NCBI GenBank assembly: GCA_964645485.1
Contig: CAZXZO010000002.1
Coordinates: 25,108 to 89,107, forward strand
Source of the DNA: an uncultured Candidatus Poseidoniales archaeon
GTDB lineage: Archaea; Thermoplasmatota; Poseidoniia; Poseidoniales; Thalassarchaeaceae
Direction: 5' to 3'
Length of the DNA: 64,000 nucleotides
Every line of letters begins with the position of its first letter. Position 1 is the stretch's first letter. A program made the translations under genes and the position numbers. Shown one piece after another: positions 48,268-58,573 of this stretch. Below the pieces are notes generated by a model. That model saw only the letters and a program-made list of their open reading frames with translations, did not search any database and was not told where the DNA came from.

Positions 48268-48648
48268 TCAGTTTCCTGCTAATTCCTTAGCAGATGCAAC
48301 TACGCCCTTGAATTCGTCTGCTGCTCCATCCATCTCAATCACTGCGATTGCTGATGTTGGGCGCCCAACTGGAAGTCCAGCTGCCTCTCCAAGGTAACTT
48401 TGGTCCTTGACATAAATGTAAGGGATACCACGTTCTTTACAGATCATTGGGATTGGAACCATCATTTCTCCAGGGTTGACATTTTCAGCCATAATTACGA
48501 GCTTAGCATCGCCTCGCTCGCATACTTTGATGACCTCATTCATCCCCTTCTTGAAGTGGCTTCCGCTCTCCTTCTCAATCTTCTTCACAAACTCATAAAC
48601 CATGTCCTGCACATCGGCAGGTGTTTCAAAATCAATATGTACGCTCAT
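48268..48648 (-). CDS. rpl7ae: 50S ribosomal protein L7Ae
   Basis: [34 protein letters not shown]; canonical L7Ae-S28e-L24e-ndk-infB order. Confidence 0.93.
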   Translation of the reverse strand: MSVHIDFETPADVQDMVYEFVKKIEKESGSHFKKGMNEVIKVCERGDAKLVIMAENVNPGEMMVPIPMICKERGIPYIYVKDQSYLGEAAGLPVGRPTSAIAVIEMDGAADEFKGVVASAKELAGN

Positions 48649-48738
48649 AGGATTCTCTCCTCCTGTAGGTGTTCCGCCGAGGGCGTGGTCTGTATAAACG
48701 CACCGCATGGTGTAGTGAGGGGTATTTCGGGAGACTGC

Positions 48739-49683
48739 TCAAAGATTCAACCGCTCACGCAACTGCTCAACACCCCTTGCCAAAGCAGCAGCGGATGAGA
48801 CAAGAGCGCGTGGATTGCTTGCAATAGAATCTGTTGCATGCACCCCACTCACATGGTCATCAAGTCTGGTAATGGCCCCGCCAGTAAACAAACCGTGTGT
48901 ACATGCTGCATGAACTTCTTTTGCGCCTTGGGAAAGCAAAGCATCACTAGCTTTGCATATTGTTCCTCCTGTACTAATCATATCATCCACTATTGCAACA
49001 ACTGAACCTTCGACATCCAAGTCTTTTGGCTTGTGTTGAATCGTGTGCGCATCTATTCTTATCTTCTCGAGATATGAGAATTTGCAACCTATTAGATTTG
49101 CAACATGAGTCGCTCTTTCGACTGCGCCTTTATCAGGACTTAGAATAAAGTCTGGATTAACATTGATTTTGAGGTGTTCAGCAATTTCGGGCATTGCAGA
49201 TACAAATTCAACAGGAGTATCGATATCATCCAATACTGAAGGTGCATGTAAATCCAAAACGATTAATCCGTCGATATGTCGTGCTAATAGACGTACAATT
49301 AGAGAAGCAGAGATAACTTCTCCCTGCTGAAATCTCTTGTCTTGCCTACTATATCCAAAGTAAGGAACTGCAAGAAAGATTCCCGGGCCAACGTCCGTAA
49401 GATTTTCTGGCCCTTCACCCATCAGGTTTTGGAGATTTCCTGACCGAACGTCATGAATCGCTTCTAGCATTAGTAATGCCTCAACTATTCCGTCATCAGG
49501 AAAAGTTGTAGCAACTACAACAACCGGTTCAGAGCGAACCGCATCAATACTTTTTGCAGGCACCCGAACATATGCCTCTGAGTCTGGAAATCGCCTAGCA
49601 ACTAATTCATGATGTTCCAAACCCAAACGTTTTGCTAATGCAGATGCAAGATCTCCATCAATACTTCCTGAAACTACTGGCAG
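48739..49683 (-). CDS. prs: Ribose-phosphate pyrophosphokinase, probable CTG start
   Basis: RFPDSEAYV, PYFGYSRQDK, DLH, SPDKGA, IVDDMISTGGT, CTHG; homology extends upstream to CTG at 49683. Confidence 0.9.
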   Translation of the reverse strand: MPVVSGSIDGDLASALAKRLGLEHHELVARRFPDSEAYVRVPAKSIDAVRSEPVVVVATTFPDDGIVEALLMLEAIHDVRSGNLQNLMGEGPENLTDVGPGIFLAVPYFGYSRQDKRFQQGEVISASLIVRLLARHIDGLIVLDLHAPSVLDDIDTPVEFVSAMPEIAEHLKINVNPDFILSPDKGAVERATHVANLIGCKFSYLEKIRIDAHTIQHKPKDLDVEGSVVAIVDDMISTGGTICKASDALLSQGAKEVHAACTHGLFTGGAITRLDDHVSGVHATDSIASNPRALVSSAAALARGVEQLRERLNL

Positions 49684-49860
49684 GCGCTCCCCTCAAACAC
49701 TCCGACTAGTGGGACCTTCATGTCCTTTGTGTGTAAATTATGGGTAATAGAATTGAGTAAGTTTAGTTGGGTAATATCTAATGACACCCCTGGTTGTAAT
49801 TTGAGTGGCTGTTTTTTCAAAAACAAAAGGGGAAAAATCACACCTCGAGAAATTGAAGAG

Positions 49861-49935
49861 TGGACGAGGCAGGATTTGAACCTGCGACCTCCCGGTTATC
49901 AGCCGGGTGCTCCAACCAACCTAAGCTACCCGTCC
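49861..49935 (-). tRNA. tRNA-Ile (GAT)
   Basis: Reverse strand GGACGGG..CCCGG-CTGATAA-CCGGG..GCAGG-TTCAAAT-CCTGC-CTCGTCC-A. Confidence 0.97.
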
Positions 49936-49988
49936 AAGGGTGAGCCGCGCCACCGAGGGGTTGAATTAAACGGTTCCGATTCGGAATC

Positions 49989-50600
49989 TCATTCTTCTTC
50001 TTCGAAGTCTTCTTCGTTTATTTCGCCTGAATTCAACTTTAGATATGATGGGAGTCCCATCAATTTGTCAAACGTCCGTGAAAGAATGAGCTCATCCAAC
50101 CGGGGGCTTGTGCGTGCTAGGAATTGAACTGGTATGTTGATTACACCGTTTTCTAATCTGTATCTTCTTCTTAGATTTCCTCTAGCCTTTACTTGTACGC
50201 CGCGATATGTGCGCTTAATTTTGACTAGCCCAATGACTACGCCGAGGTCTTCACCCTGGGTGTCAAGAACTGCTCTGTCAAGTAGTTCATCGGGGGCGTA
50301 TAATTTTTCATTGATACGAACTGTGTTTCGCCATCTGCGTTGCAATTCCCTCATTGACTTCGTAAGTTTGATACTCCCATCCGACTGAATGCTGTGAAGG
50401 AGTTCTTTTGAAAGTGGAGCGAACTCAGCAGGCTTGCGCATAAATTCGTCCGCAACACCTGGCTCAACCTGTAATCTGAAAGATTGGACTCTTTCTTCAT
50501 TGGGGTGATATCTCTCCCCCACTATTACTCCAACTCGCGTTTGTTTCACGTAAACTTCTCGTTGTAACAATTCCTGTATTCTAAATGATTCATCTGTCAT
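49989..50600 (-). CDS. Hypothetical protein, probable tandem PRC-barrel
   Basis: ELLQREVYVKQTRVGVI and ELLDRAVLDTQGEDLGVV resemble PRC-barrel starts. Confidence 0.6.
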   Translation of the reverse strand: MTDESFRIQELLQREVYVKQTRVGVIVGERYHPNEERVQSFRLQVEPGVADEFMRKPAEFAPLSKELLHSIQSDGSIKLTKSMRELQRRWRNTVRINEKLYAPDELLDRAVLDTQGEDLGVVIGLVKIKRTYRGVQVKARGNLRRRYRLENGVINIPVQFLARTSPRLDELILSRTFDKLMGLPSYLKLNSGEINEEDFEEEE

Positions 50601-50640
50601 ATTTTTTCCCTCTCTATTACCGTGCATCCCATGTCTCGGT

Positions 50641-51140
50641 CAATGTCCTACGCTCGGAGTCAGTATATTAACTATCTGCCGAATAACTAATCAGATATTC
50701 AATTGAAAAAGACGGATAATCATGAATATACCAATTGGTTGTTATAAATTTGGACAATTGACCACATAATCAAAATTCAATTGAATCTACTGGGGATATG
50801 CATTTAATTTACCAATATGAATAGCCTGTTTAGAATGATTATCCGAATAAGTTTTCCAATAGGAAAGACGGATAATACTAGCGACTTCCCATTTTGCAGG
50901 AATTATCTCTTTTGGTCCCGTAGTTTTCCAAAATTATTCGCTGTTTCCAATATAAAATCCTAAAAAAATTCTCAAAATGATTTTTCTTCACAATTGACAA
51001 GATTTTATTCGATAAGTTAATGATCGGATGGCACATTTTTTTTAATGAAACTACCAATTGAAAAATAGATAATTCAATTGGATAATTTGGGCATATAATT
51101 CATAATTTCCACAATAATATATCTTGCTCTACTCACAGCA
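50641..51140. promoter_or_regulatory. About 500-bp AT-rich non-coding locus with repeated motifs (candidate dif or oriC)
   Basis: Longest low-GC intergenic stretch; repeated CAATTG, AAAGACGGATAAT x2, CCGAATAA x2. Confidence 0.45.
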
Positions 51141-51147
51141 TAAATTG

Positions 51148-52686
51148 ATGAGTGCACTCCTCTTCCCAATTCACATGGAAGATTCGTTCTTGTCTTTGTT
51201 AGATGAAATTCGGAAGAGGTCAGGACCCCGCCAAACTGTTGGCTTGAAGGACTCGGTCATCACTGAATTTGCTGCATCAGATCAAAATCTTGTAGACGCC
51301 ATTTCAGAAGCATCAAAAAATCACCAAGATTACTCGGCTGAATTTGGTCCAGATTTTTTAATGATGGATGAGTCGGAATTAATCAAAACCTTGCAATCAG
51401 ATTTCATAAATTTTTATCCTTCTGCAACAGTGAATCCCTATGTTGCAATTGCTGCTCGTGGCCCTTGGATAATCACTTCACATGGAGCTGTTGTCCACGA
51501 CAACGGTGGATATGGGATGTTAGGTGGTGGTCATGGCCCGAATAATGTCATCAACGTCATGTCAAAAAATTGGGTTATGGCAAATGTCATGACTGCTTCT
51601 TTTAGCCAGAAGAAGTTAACCGATGCATTACGCAGAGAAGTTGGTCATACTCGGGGCACTTGTCCCTTTTCAAAATTCATCTGTGTAAATAGTGGATCTG
51701 AATCAGTGACACTCGGTATGCGAATTGCTGATGTAAATTCCAATAATATGACTGGTCCAGGTGGACGTCATGAAGGTAAACCGATTAAGATAATCGCATT
51801 GAAACAAGGATTCCACGGTAGAACACAACGACCGGCTTCAATATCGGATTCTTGTAAAAAAGGATACATAGATAATCTTGCTACTTTCAGAAAGCGGGAT
51901 AATGTTATCATCGTAGAACCAAACAATGTTGAAGAATTACAATCAGCATTTTCAAGAGCTGAGGAAGAGAACTTTTTCATTGAATTATTAGCCTTAGAAC
52001 CAGTGCAGGGTGAGGGCTCTCCTGGACAAGCAGTAACTCGTGAGTTTTACGATGAAGCAAGAAGGTTAACTTCCGAACATGGAAGCATGTTGTTAGTTGA
52101 TTCCATACAGGCTGGATTCCGCGGCAAAGGCTGTCTTTCAATTGTCGATTATCCCGGATTTCAATCTGCTGAAGCCCCAGACTTAGAGACATGGTCAAAA
52201 GCACTCAATGCTGGGCAATTCCCTCTTTCTGTTGTAGGATTATCAGAGCGTGCTGCGCAATTGTACGTTGTTGGAATTTATGGAAATACCATGACAACAA
52301 ATCCCCGTGCACTCGAAACAGCAATAGAAGTACTCGACAAGATTACTCCAGAAGTACGGCAAAACATTGTTGAAAAGGGAGATGAATTTCTCACAAAACT
52401 TGCAGGATTACAGAAAGAATTCCCTAATGAAATCACCCTAGTTCAAGGTTCAGGTCTGCTTCTGTGCGTAGAATTAGATCCAGAGACTCTTCCTGTTATT
52501 GGCTTTGATTGTGTAGAGGAGTGGTGTAGATTAAACGGCCTTGGTGTAATTCATGGCGGAAAGAATGCACTCAGATTCACCCCTCACTTTGGAATAACAT
52601 CCAAAGAGATTGATTTGATAGTAGACTTGGTTAGATGTTGTCTGATTGAATTTACAATGGGTAAAGTGCATCAAATTGCAAAATAA
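51148..52686 (+). CDS. Class-III PLP-dependent aminotransferase
   Basis: VNSGSES, GFHGRT, EPVQGEG, DSIQAGFRG, ETWSKAL (PLP lysine), LRFTP. Confidence 0.88.
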   Translation: MSALLFPIHMEDSFLSLLDEIRKRSGPRQTVGLKDSVITEFAASDQNLVDAISEASKNHQDYSAEFGPDFLMMDESELIKTLQSDFINFYPSATVNPYVAIAARGPWIITSHGAVVHDNGGYGMLGGGHGPNNVINVMSKNWVMANVMTASFSQKKLTDALRREVGHTRGTCPFSKFICVNSGSESVTLGMRIADVNSNNMTGPGGRHEGKPIKIIALKQGFHGRTQRPASISDSCKKGYIDNLATFRKRDNVIIVEPNNVEELQSAFSRAEEENFFIELLALEPVQGEGSPGQAVTREFYDEARRLTSEHGSMLLVDSIQAGFRGKGCLSIVDYPGFQSAEAPDLETWSKALNAGQFPLSVVGLSERAAQLYVVGIYGNTMTTNPRALETAIEVLDKITPEVRQNIVEKGDEFLTKLAGLQKEFPNEITLVQGSGLLLCVELDPETLPVIGFDCVEEWCRLNGLGVIHGGKNALRFTPHFGITSKEIDLIVDLVRCCLIEFTMGKVHQIAK

Positions 52687-52751
52687 AGTGTTAATCATCA
52701 GTTTAGTGTAATGGGAAATTGTATGAATCAACAATCAACGAAGGTGAGGGT

Positions 52752-53414
52752 ATGCCAAAAATGGTAAACCTTCAAGGAGATGAGAGCGTTTTCTTTTCGT
52801 CATTAAAAGAGCGGCTTGAGAGGATAGAAATCGATACTGATTCAGCTGATGGAGTCCACATCGTATGCTGGGATAATGGTCCAGCAGTCAAATGTGATTT
52901 AGTAATCCGCCCCTCAACAAGTAAACCGTACCCAAGCGAGTCTCACTGTGAATTGGTATTGCACGATTTGTATATCCCTGGTGGGTCTGGAAAGTGGGGT
53001 CCTAAGGAAATAGAAGAGCAAATTTCGTGGTTGAACAATCCTATTGAAAAGAGGCCCGAAGGAGAGCCAAGGCACTGGATTCACGTTCGTGATGTAGTGG
53101 ATATGCTTTCAGTTTTTTTTACTAATCTACCAAGTGGTGTGGTTGATGTGAGTGGCAGACGTTGTTGGAGCCATGAAGCGATGTCAAGTGAATTGGAGAT
53201 GCTCTTCAAGAGGGTCAAAGCAGCGGAATCAAAAACTTTCCAATTAGATAACTTAAAAATTTTTGAGCCAAAAACCGAGCCAATGGTCTCACCACCTAGG
53301 CCTAACCTTGGCCCACTTCATGAGGCGTGTCAAAAGGCTGGATTGACGGGATGGCACCCTTCAATTCCGTTTAGAATTGGATTGATGGAATGCATTGCTC
53401 ATCAATTACTTTAG
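52752..53414 (+). CDS. Hypothetical protein resembling a degenerate NAD-dependent epimerase C-terminal region
   Basis: RHWIHVRDVV, GWHPSIPFRIGL; GGTGA upstream; no GxxGxxG. Confidence 0.55.
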   Translation: MPKMVNLQGDESVFFSSLKERLERIEIDTDSADGVHIVCWDNGPAVKCDLVIRPSTSKPYPSESHCELVLHDLYIPGGSGKWGPKEIEEQISWLNNPIEKRPEGEPRHWIHVRDVVDMLSVFFTNLPSGVVDVSGRRCWSHEAMSSELEMLFKRVKAAESKTFQLDNLKIFEPKTEPMVSPPRPNLGPLHEACQKAGLTGWHPSIPFRIGLMECIAHQLL

Positions 53415-53429
53415 TGCAATTTTGTATTT

Positions 53430-54428
53430 TCATTGTTCTGCGAAGAGACTTGCACCTAACAGAGGTAAGAGTAAGGAAGCATCCCCCTCCACAACAATTT
53501 GAGGCGCTTCCGCACGAATTTTCCCCCAACTAATTGCTTCTTTGAGTCTTGCACCCGATAATGAACCATCATGTTCTGAGGCGGTAGTGATTTGCACTGC
53601 AGAATCCAGTCCTCCTCGATATTGATTCCACCAAATAACATGGTGTTTTGAGATTCCTCCTCCAACCATCAAGGCATGGGAGGAGTCTGTGGTCCAAATT
53701 AAGTCAGAGAGAATTTGTTGATCTTCTAACAAATCAAGATTGAAGTCCCTTGCTTTTTGTCGATGCATGAACAATTGAGCTCCAATAGAACCATCATAAA
53801 TACCTGGTATAATAATCGGAATTCGATGCTTGGCGGCCCAATGAAGTAAACTTGATTCATCATCAATCCGATCCCCCAAAGCCCAGCATAATTCTACACT
53901 CCCGAATCCTTGCCACGGGTTTTCGGGATTTTCTGAGCGCCTCTCATCGTCAATTTCTTGTAATATTGGCATTACGATTTTCTCAATGATATCTCCATAA
54001 CTTGCATTTGGAACAATCACGTTTCCTAATCGATTCAAGCCCTGTTCACCTAGTTCGATATCATCTAACTCGAATGCTCCATGATAATAATCACTGAAAC
54101 TTCTGGCAATGTCATGGTCAAGAGTTCCACAAGTTGTGACAACAACATTGAATCTTTTTCTTTTCAATGCTTCAACGAAGAATCCACGTGTTCCGGTAGC
54201 ACAAAGGCAGGCAGGAAAAGAAAGCCAGTTCAATTGGCTATTCCCTTCTTCACTTGATGACTCATCAAATTGCTGAAACATATCTGCTAGAATGTCGCGG
54301 GCTAGGGCTAATTTAGTTGCTGTAAAACCACCAGCAGTTGCCATTTGGTCCAACAGTTTGGAGGCATTTTCAGTGGTAGAGAAATCATAATCCACCACTG
54401 GCAAATCAAAGTCTTCTTGGTTTACCAT
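53430..54428 (-). CDS. dys: Deoxyhypusine synthase
   Basis: GGFTA, FPACLCATGTRG, VTTCGTLDHD, NRLGNV, PGIYDGSIG, GGGISKHH, DGSLSGARLKEAISWGK. Confidence 0.93.
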   Translation of the reverse strand: MVNQEDFDLPVVDYDFSTTENASKLLDQMATAGGFTATKLALARDILADMFQQFDESSSEEGNSQLNWLSFPACLCATGTRGFFVEALKRKRFNVVVTTCGTLDHDIARSFSDYYHGAFELDDIELGEQGLNRLGNVIVPNASYGDIIEKIVMPILQEIDDERRSENPENPWQGFGSVELCWALGDRIDDESSLLHWAAKHRIPIIIPGIYDGSIGAQLFMHRQKARDFNLDLLEDQQILSDLIWTTDSSHALMVGGGISKHHVIWWNQYRGGLDSAVQITTASEHDGSLSGARLKEAISWGKIRAEAPQIVVEGDASLLLPLLGASLFAEQ

Positions 54429-54467
54429 GACATCACCCGACAAGCCGCCTCAAAATGAATACAGCGG

Positions 54468-55358
54468 TTATTCACAAATCCTCTCAATTTCCTTTATCAC
54501 TTCATTTGCGACATCAATTCCAGTTGCTCTTTCTATTCCCTCAAGCCCAGGTGATGAATTTACTTCCATCAACAATGGCCCTCGGCTAGACTCCAATAAG
54601 TCGACTCCACCGAATTGAATGTTTAGGGATTTACAAGCGTCAATACATATTCTCTCAATATCTGGTTCAAGTTCTAATTGGTCACCGGTTCCACCTCGGT
54701 GAATATTGCTACGGAAGTCATCACCCTTTCCCGTTCTCCTCATTGCGGCTACTACTTTATCGCCAACAACAATTGCTCTGATATCAGTTCCCTTGGATTC
54801 TGCGATATACTCTTGAACAATTATTGGTTGATGTAATCTAGCAAGCACATCAATAACTGATTCTGCACTTGCAACAGTATCACAGCGCATCACTCCAATT
54901 CCTTGAGTCCCTTCTAATAATTTCAGAACTACAGGTGGACCGCCCACTGTTTTGATACACGGGTGTAAATCGGCTGCTCCTCTTGCATATGCTGTTCTAG
55001 GAATGGGTAATTCCACTGCGGCAAAACGCTGTAGAGCACGTAATTTATCCCTACTCGCCCCAATTCCATTACTTGGGTTGAGGACTGGGACGCCTGCGGC
55101 CTGAAATTGTCGGAGAATGGTTAATCCATGGCGGGTGATTGAAGCCCCAATTCTAGGCACAATACAATCCATTGGTTGCACAATTTTGTCACCATTATAG
55201 AGAACAGTTGCCCCATCGGGAGATAAATCAATTGTACATCTTGTTGGGTTGAGATAACTAACTCCATGCCCCTCTCTTCTAGCAGCAGCAGCCAATCGAG
55301 TTGTGCTGTAGAGTTCAGGCCCTTGGGTCATGATGACAATCTCAAGTCTCCGCCCCAT
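54468..55358 (-). CDS. rimK: RimK-family ATP-grasp ligase (second paralog)
   Basis: YSTTRL, PRIGASIT, SRDKLRALQ, GTQGIGV, QEYIAE, FRSNIHRGG, EVNSSPGLEGIE. Confidence 0.9.
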   Translation of the reverse strand: MGRRLEIVIMTQGPELYSTTRLAAAARREGHGVSYLNPTRCTIDLSPDGATVLYNGDKIVQPMDCIVPRIGASITRHGLTILRQFQAAGVPVLNPSNGIGASRDKLRALQRFAAVELPIPRTAYARGAADLHPCIKTVGGPPVVLKLLEGTQGIGVMRCDTVASAESVIDVLARLHQPIIVQEYIAESKGTDIRAIVVGDKVVAAMRRTGKGDDFRSNIHRGGTGDQLELEPDIERICIDACKSLNIQFGGVDLLESSRGPLLMEVNSSPGLEGIERATGIDVANEVIKEIERICE

Positions 55359-55404
55359 AACCTGACCTTCAGAGGCTCATTGTTTTCAAAATGACCGATT
55401 TGAG

Positions 55405-57804
55405 CTATCCCTGATTTTCCAATTGGAAAATTCGATCTCTCAATTGGGCAGCCTTCTCAAATTCAAGTCTACTTGCTGCCAGTTTCATCTGTTTTCCAAG
55501 TCTTTCAATTAGTCTTTCAAGATCTACGTCCTTTTCTGTATCATCACTAGTTAGGGTTGCTTTATCTTGTTCCAAAATTGAAGATGCAACACTCGCCCAC
55601 GAAGGTTGGCTTACATTGCTAACCGTTTCGCCCTCAGAACCCCATCCATCTGAGCCAAGGTCTAATCGTTTTGCCAAATCTCTTTCATCTTTAATTTTAC
55701 CACTCTGACCGGTGGTTCCACCAACAAATCTCTTACCGCCACTGCTACCAGTACCAGCAGTCCCAGCCAACAATTCCTCTGCTTCAATTCCCATTGTTGG
55801 CAATTCTTTGATGATTGTTTTAGGGACAATATTGTTCTTCAAATTGAATTCTTCTTGTCGTTGCCGCCTTTCAATTGTTTGTAAAATAGATGTACTCATC
55901 GCGTCAGACATTGAATCAGCATACAATAATACTCTACCGTTTTCGTTACGCGAAGCTCGGCCAATTGTTTGTAGAAGTGACCTCTCATTACGCAAGAAAC
56001 CCTGACGGTCGGCATCAAAAATTGCAACCAAGGATACTTCTGGAATGTCAAGGCCTTCACGTAACAAATTAATTCCTACAATCACATCGATGTGACCAAT
56101 TCGCAAAGCCTTGATGATTTCAGACCTTTCAATTGTATCGATTTCAGAATGAAGGTAATGTGCTTTCACGCCCATTCTCTGTAAATAGCTGGAAACTTCT
56201 TCAGCGAATTTAATAGTCAAAACAGTAACTAATACTCGTTCACCATTCGTTACACACTTGTTAATCTCGTCAAGTAAATCTTGCACCTGTCCCTCGGTAG
56301 GGCGAACCTCAATTTCCGGATCAAGTAACCCGGTTGGTCTGATTTCCATATGCACAACCCCGTCAATTTTTTCAAGAGATTTGAGAATACTTGGGGTCTT
56401 TTTTGGTTTTTGTAATTCAGGTTCAACCACTCCACCACCTCCTGGTACATGGAGCAACTCTTGGGGGACGTCTTGCCCAGTCACTTCTGCAAGATGTCTT
56501 AGTTCCCTTTCTCCTGGTGTTGCTGAGACGTACAACATCTGTGGGACAAGGTTTTGAAATTCATCTATGCGTAAAGGCCTATTATCTGCCGCAGAAGGTA
56601 ATCTGAAACCGTGCTCAATCAAAGACATCTTTCGCGAATGGTCACCTGCGTACATTCCTTTTAGTTGAGGTAATGTCACATGGCTTTCATCCATGATGAC
56701 AAGAAACTTTTCAGGGGAACCATGGAATTGATTAGCTGCCGCAGCAAAGAAATCAAGCAAACAGAATGGTCTTTCTCCATATGTTCTGCCATCAAAATGC
56801 ATGGAATAATTTTCTATGGCTTTGCAATGACCAGTTTCTCTAAGCATTTCTAATTCAAACTTAGTCCTAGTCTCAAGTCGATGGGCTTCCATCTCTTTGC
56901 CTTCTTTCTCCAATTCATCAGTTCTCTCTGATAACTCAAATTCAATATCTTCCAATGCTTGGGCGAATCTCTCTGGGCTAGTCATGAAAAATTCTTTTGG
57001 ATGGACCCACGCTTCCTCTAAATTATCAAGAGGTTCCCAAGAAACAGCTTCACAAACCTGAATTCTTGTAACTCCATCAAAGTCGAATCGAATCCGAAGT
57101 GGGTCATCCCTACTTGGCATCCAAACATCAACAACCTCGCCACGGCAACGGATTTCACCTCTAGTGATTTCACCTGTTACTCGTTGATATTGCAACTCTA
57201 CCAATTGTTTGACTAAATCCAAAGGTTCGATAGATTGGCCGACGTATATTCTTGCATGTTGTTTTAGGAATGTTTCTGGGGGATTGAGTCCGTAGATTGC
57301 GGACACTGTTCCAATGGTAATGACATCAGGTCGTGAGACAAGTGAAGCCACCGTTGCGAATCTTTCCTGCTCAATCCGCTCGTTCATCTGTAATTCTTTA
57401 TCGATGTATAAGTCGCGTTTTGGTAAATATGCTTCAGGTTGATAATAGTCATAATGACTAACAAAATACTCCACGGCATTTTCAGGAAATAGTGAAGACA
57501 TTTCCTGCCAGAGTTGACGCGCCAACGTCTTATTGTGGCTGAGAATTAAAGTGGGTATATTCAGTCTTTCAATGATATGCGCCATAGCGAATGTTTTACC
57601 CGAGCCAGTAACACCAAGAAGGACACCTCTTTCCTGTGAATTATTGAATTGAGAAATTAATTTTTCAATTGCTTGTTTTTGGTCGCCTGCGGTGTTGTAT
57701 TCAGAATGTAATTGGAAGCATGCTACCGAGGGGTCTAACCAGTCTAGAGCAGCACCTTCAATTGCTTTAGACAAATCAAAATGGTCGACGTCTTTTTCTG
57801 TCAT
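55405..57804 (-). CDS. uvrB: Excinuclease ABC subunit B
   Basis: LGVTGSGKT, YFVSHYDYYQPEAY, DESH, RPTGLLDP, INLLREGLDIPEV, QTIGRASRN, C-terminal UVR domain. Confidence 0.95.
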   Translation of the reverse strand: MTEKDVDHFDLSKAIEGAALDWLDPSVACFQLHSEYNTAGDQKQAIEKLISQFNNSQERGVLLGVTGSGKTFAMAHIIERLNIPTLILSHNKTLARQLWQEMSSLFPENAVEYFVSHYDYYQPEAYLPKRDLYIDKELQMNERIEQERFATVASLVSRPDVITIGTVSAIYGLNPPETFLKQHARIYVGQSIEPLDLVKQLVELQYQRVTGEITRGEIRCRGEVVDVWMPSRDDPLRIRFDFDGVTRIQVCEAVSWEPLDNLEEAWVHPKEFFMTSPERFAQALEDIEFELSERTDELEKEGKEMEAHRLETRTKFELEMLRETGHCKAIENYSMHFDGRTYGERPFCLLDFFAAAANQFHGSPEKFLVIMDESHVTLPQLKGMYAGDHSRKMSLIEHGFRLPSAADNRPLRIDEFQNLVPQMLYVSATPGERELRHLAEVTGQDVPQELLHVPGGGGVVEPELQKPKKTPSILKSLEKIDGVVHMEIRPTGLLDPEIEVRPTEGQVQDLLDEINKCVTNGERVLVTVLTIKFAEEVSSYLQRMGVKAHYLHSEIDTIERSEIIKALRIGHIDVIVGINLLREGLDIPEVSLVAIFDADRQGFLRNERSLLQTIGRASRNENGRVLLYADSMSDAMSTSILQTIERRQRQEEFNLKNNIVPKTIIKELPTMGIEAEELLAGTAGTGSSGGKRFVGGTTGQSGKIKDERDLAKRLDLGSDGWGSEGETVSNVSQPSWASVASSILEQDKATLTSDDTEKDVDLERLIERLGKQMKLAASRLEFEKAAQLRDRIFQLENQG

Positions 57805-57835
57805 AATATCCACTCACAATTGATGACCCTTCAAT

Positions 57836-58564
57836 TTATGGTCGATATAATCCACCGTTGACATGTAAAATTGCACCAGTAATGTAACTAGAATCATCTG
57901 ACAAAAGGAACGAAATCACATTGGCAACTTCTTCAGGAGTTCCCAATCTTCCCATAGGAATTGTTTCTTCCCTAGCAGTTCTTTTCTTTGGTGTGTCATT
58001 CGCCACCAAGTCTGTACTGATAGTTCCTGGAGCAACCACATTTACTCTTTGGCCATTCGGGGCTACATCAATTGCGAGTGAACGTGCCCAACTGTGTAAT
58101 GCACCCTTTGAAGCGGAGTAATCTGCACCTGTCGCAGTCCCTTTAATTCCGAGTTGACTACCTAATACTACGATTGATGCACTTTTTGAGAGGTATGGGG
58201 AGAGTGCTTTCCACACAAGAAATGAGCCTGTGAAATTGACATTCATAGTTTGTTCAAGTGCCTCAAGAGTTAGTTCCTCGGCCTTACCACGTTCATACAT
58301 TGCATGATTCAATACCAGAGCATCAACACCTTCTCGAATCCATGGATGGTCTGCCAGAACCATTACCTCACCGGTATCAGAGCAGTCAACCTTTACGGCA
58401 ACACAATCACAGCCGATTTCTCTTACATCTGAAATTACACTTTCAGCAGATTGAGAATCTGTATGGTATGTGATTATTAGTCTGTAACCTTCACTAGCCA
58501 GACGCCTAGATGTGGCGGCTCCAATACCTCTACTTCCGCCTGTGATTACTGCTAATTTCACCAT
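57836..58564 (-). CDS. SDR-family oxidoreductase (FabG-like)
   Basis: TGGSRGIG, YSASK, VNVVAPG, RLGTPEEVA. Confidence 0.9.
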   Translation of the reverse strand: MVKLAVITGGSRGIGAATSRRLASEGYRLIITYHTDSQSAESVISDVREIGCDCVAVKVDCSDTGEVMVLADHPWIREGVDALVLNHAMYERGKAEELTLEALEQTMNVNFTGSFLVWKALSPYLSKSASIVVLGSQLGIKGTATGADYSASKGALHSWARSLAIDVAPNGQRVNVVAPGTISTDLVANDTPKKRTAREETIPMGRLGTPEEVANVISFLLSDDSSYITGAILHVNGGLYRP

Positions 58565-58573
58565 TTCATCACC

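Noticed and set aside
48649-48738. Possible K-turn autoregulatory element in the rpl7ae leader
   Set aside because: I could not identify the tandem GA/AG pairs.
55414-55431. 18-bp perfect palindrome ATTTTCCAATTGGAAAAT resembling a mini-ORB
   Set aside because: Single copy inside the uvrB coding end (IFQLEN); may be chance or a terminator element.
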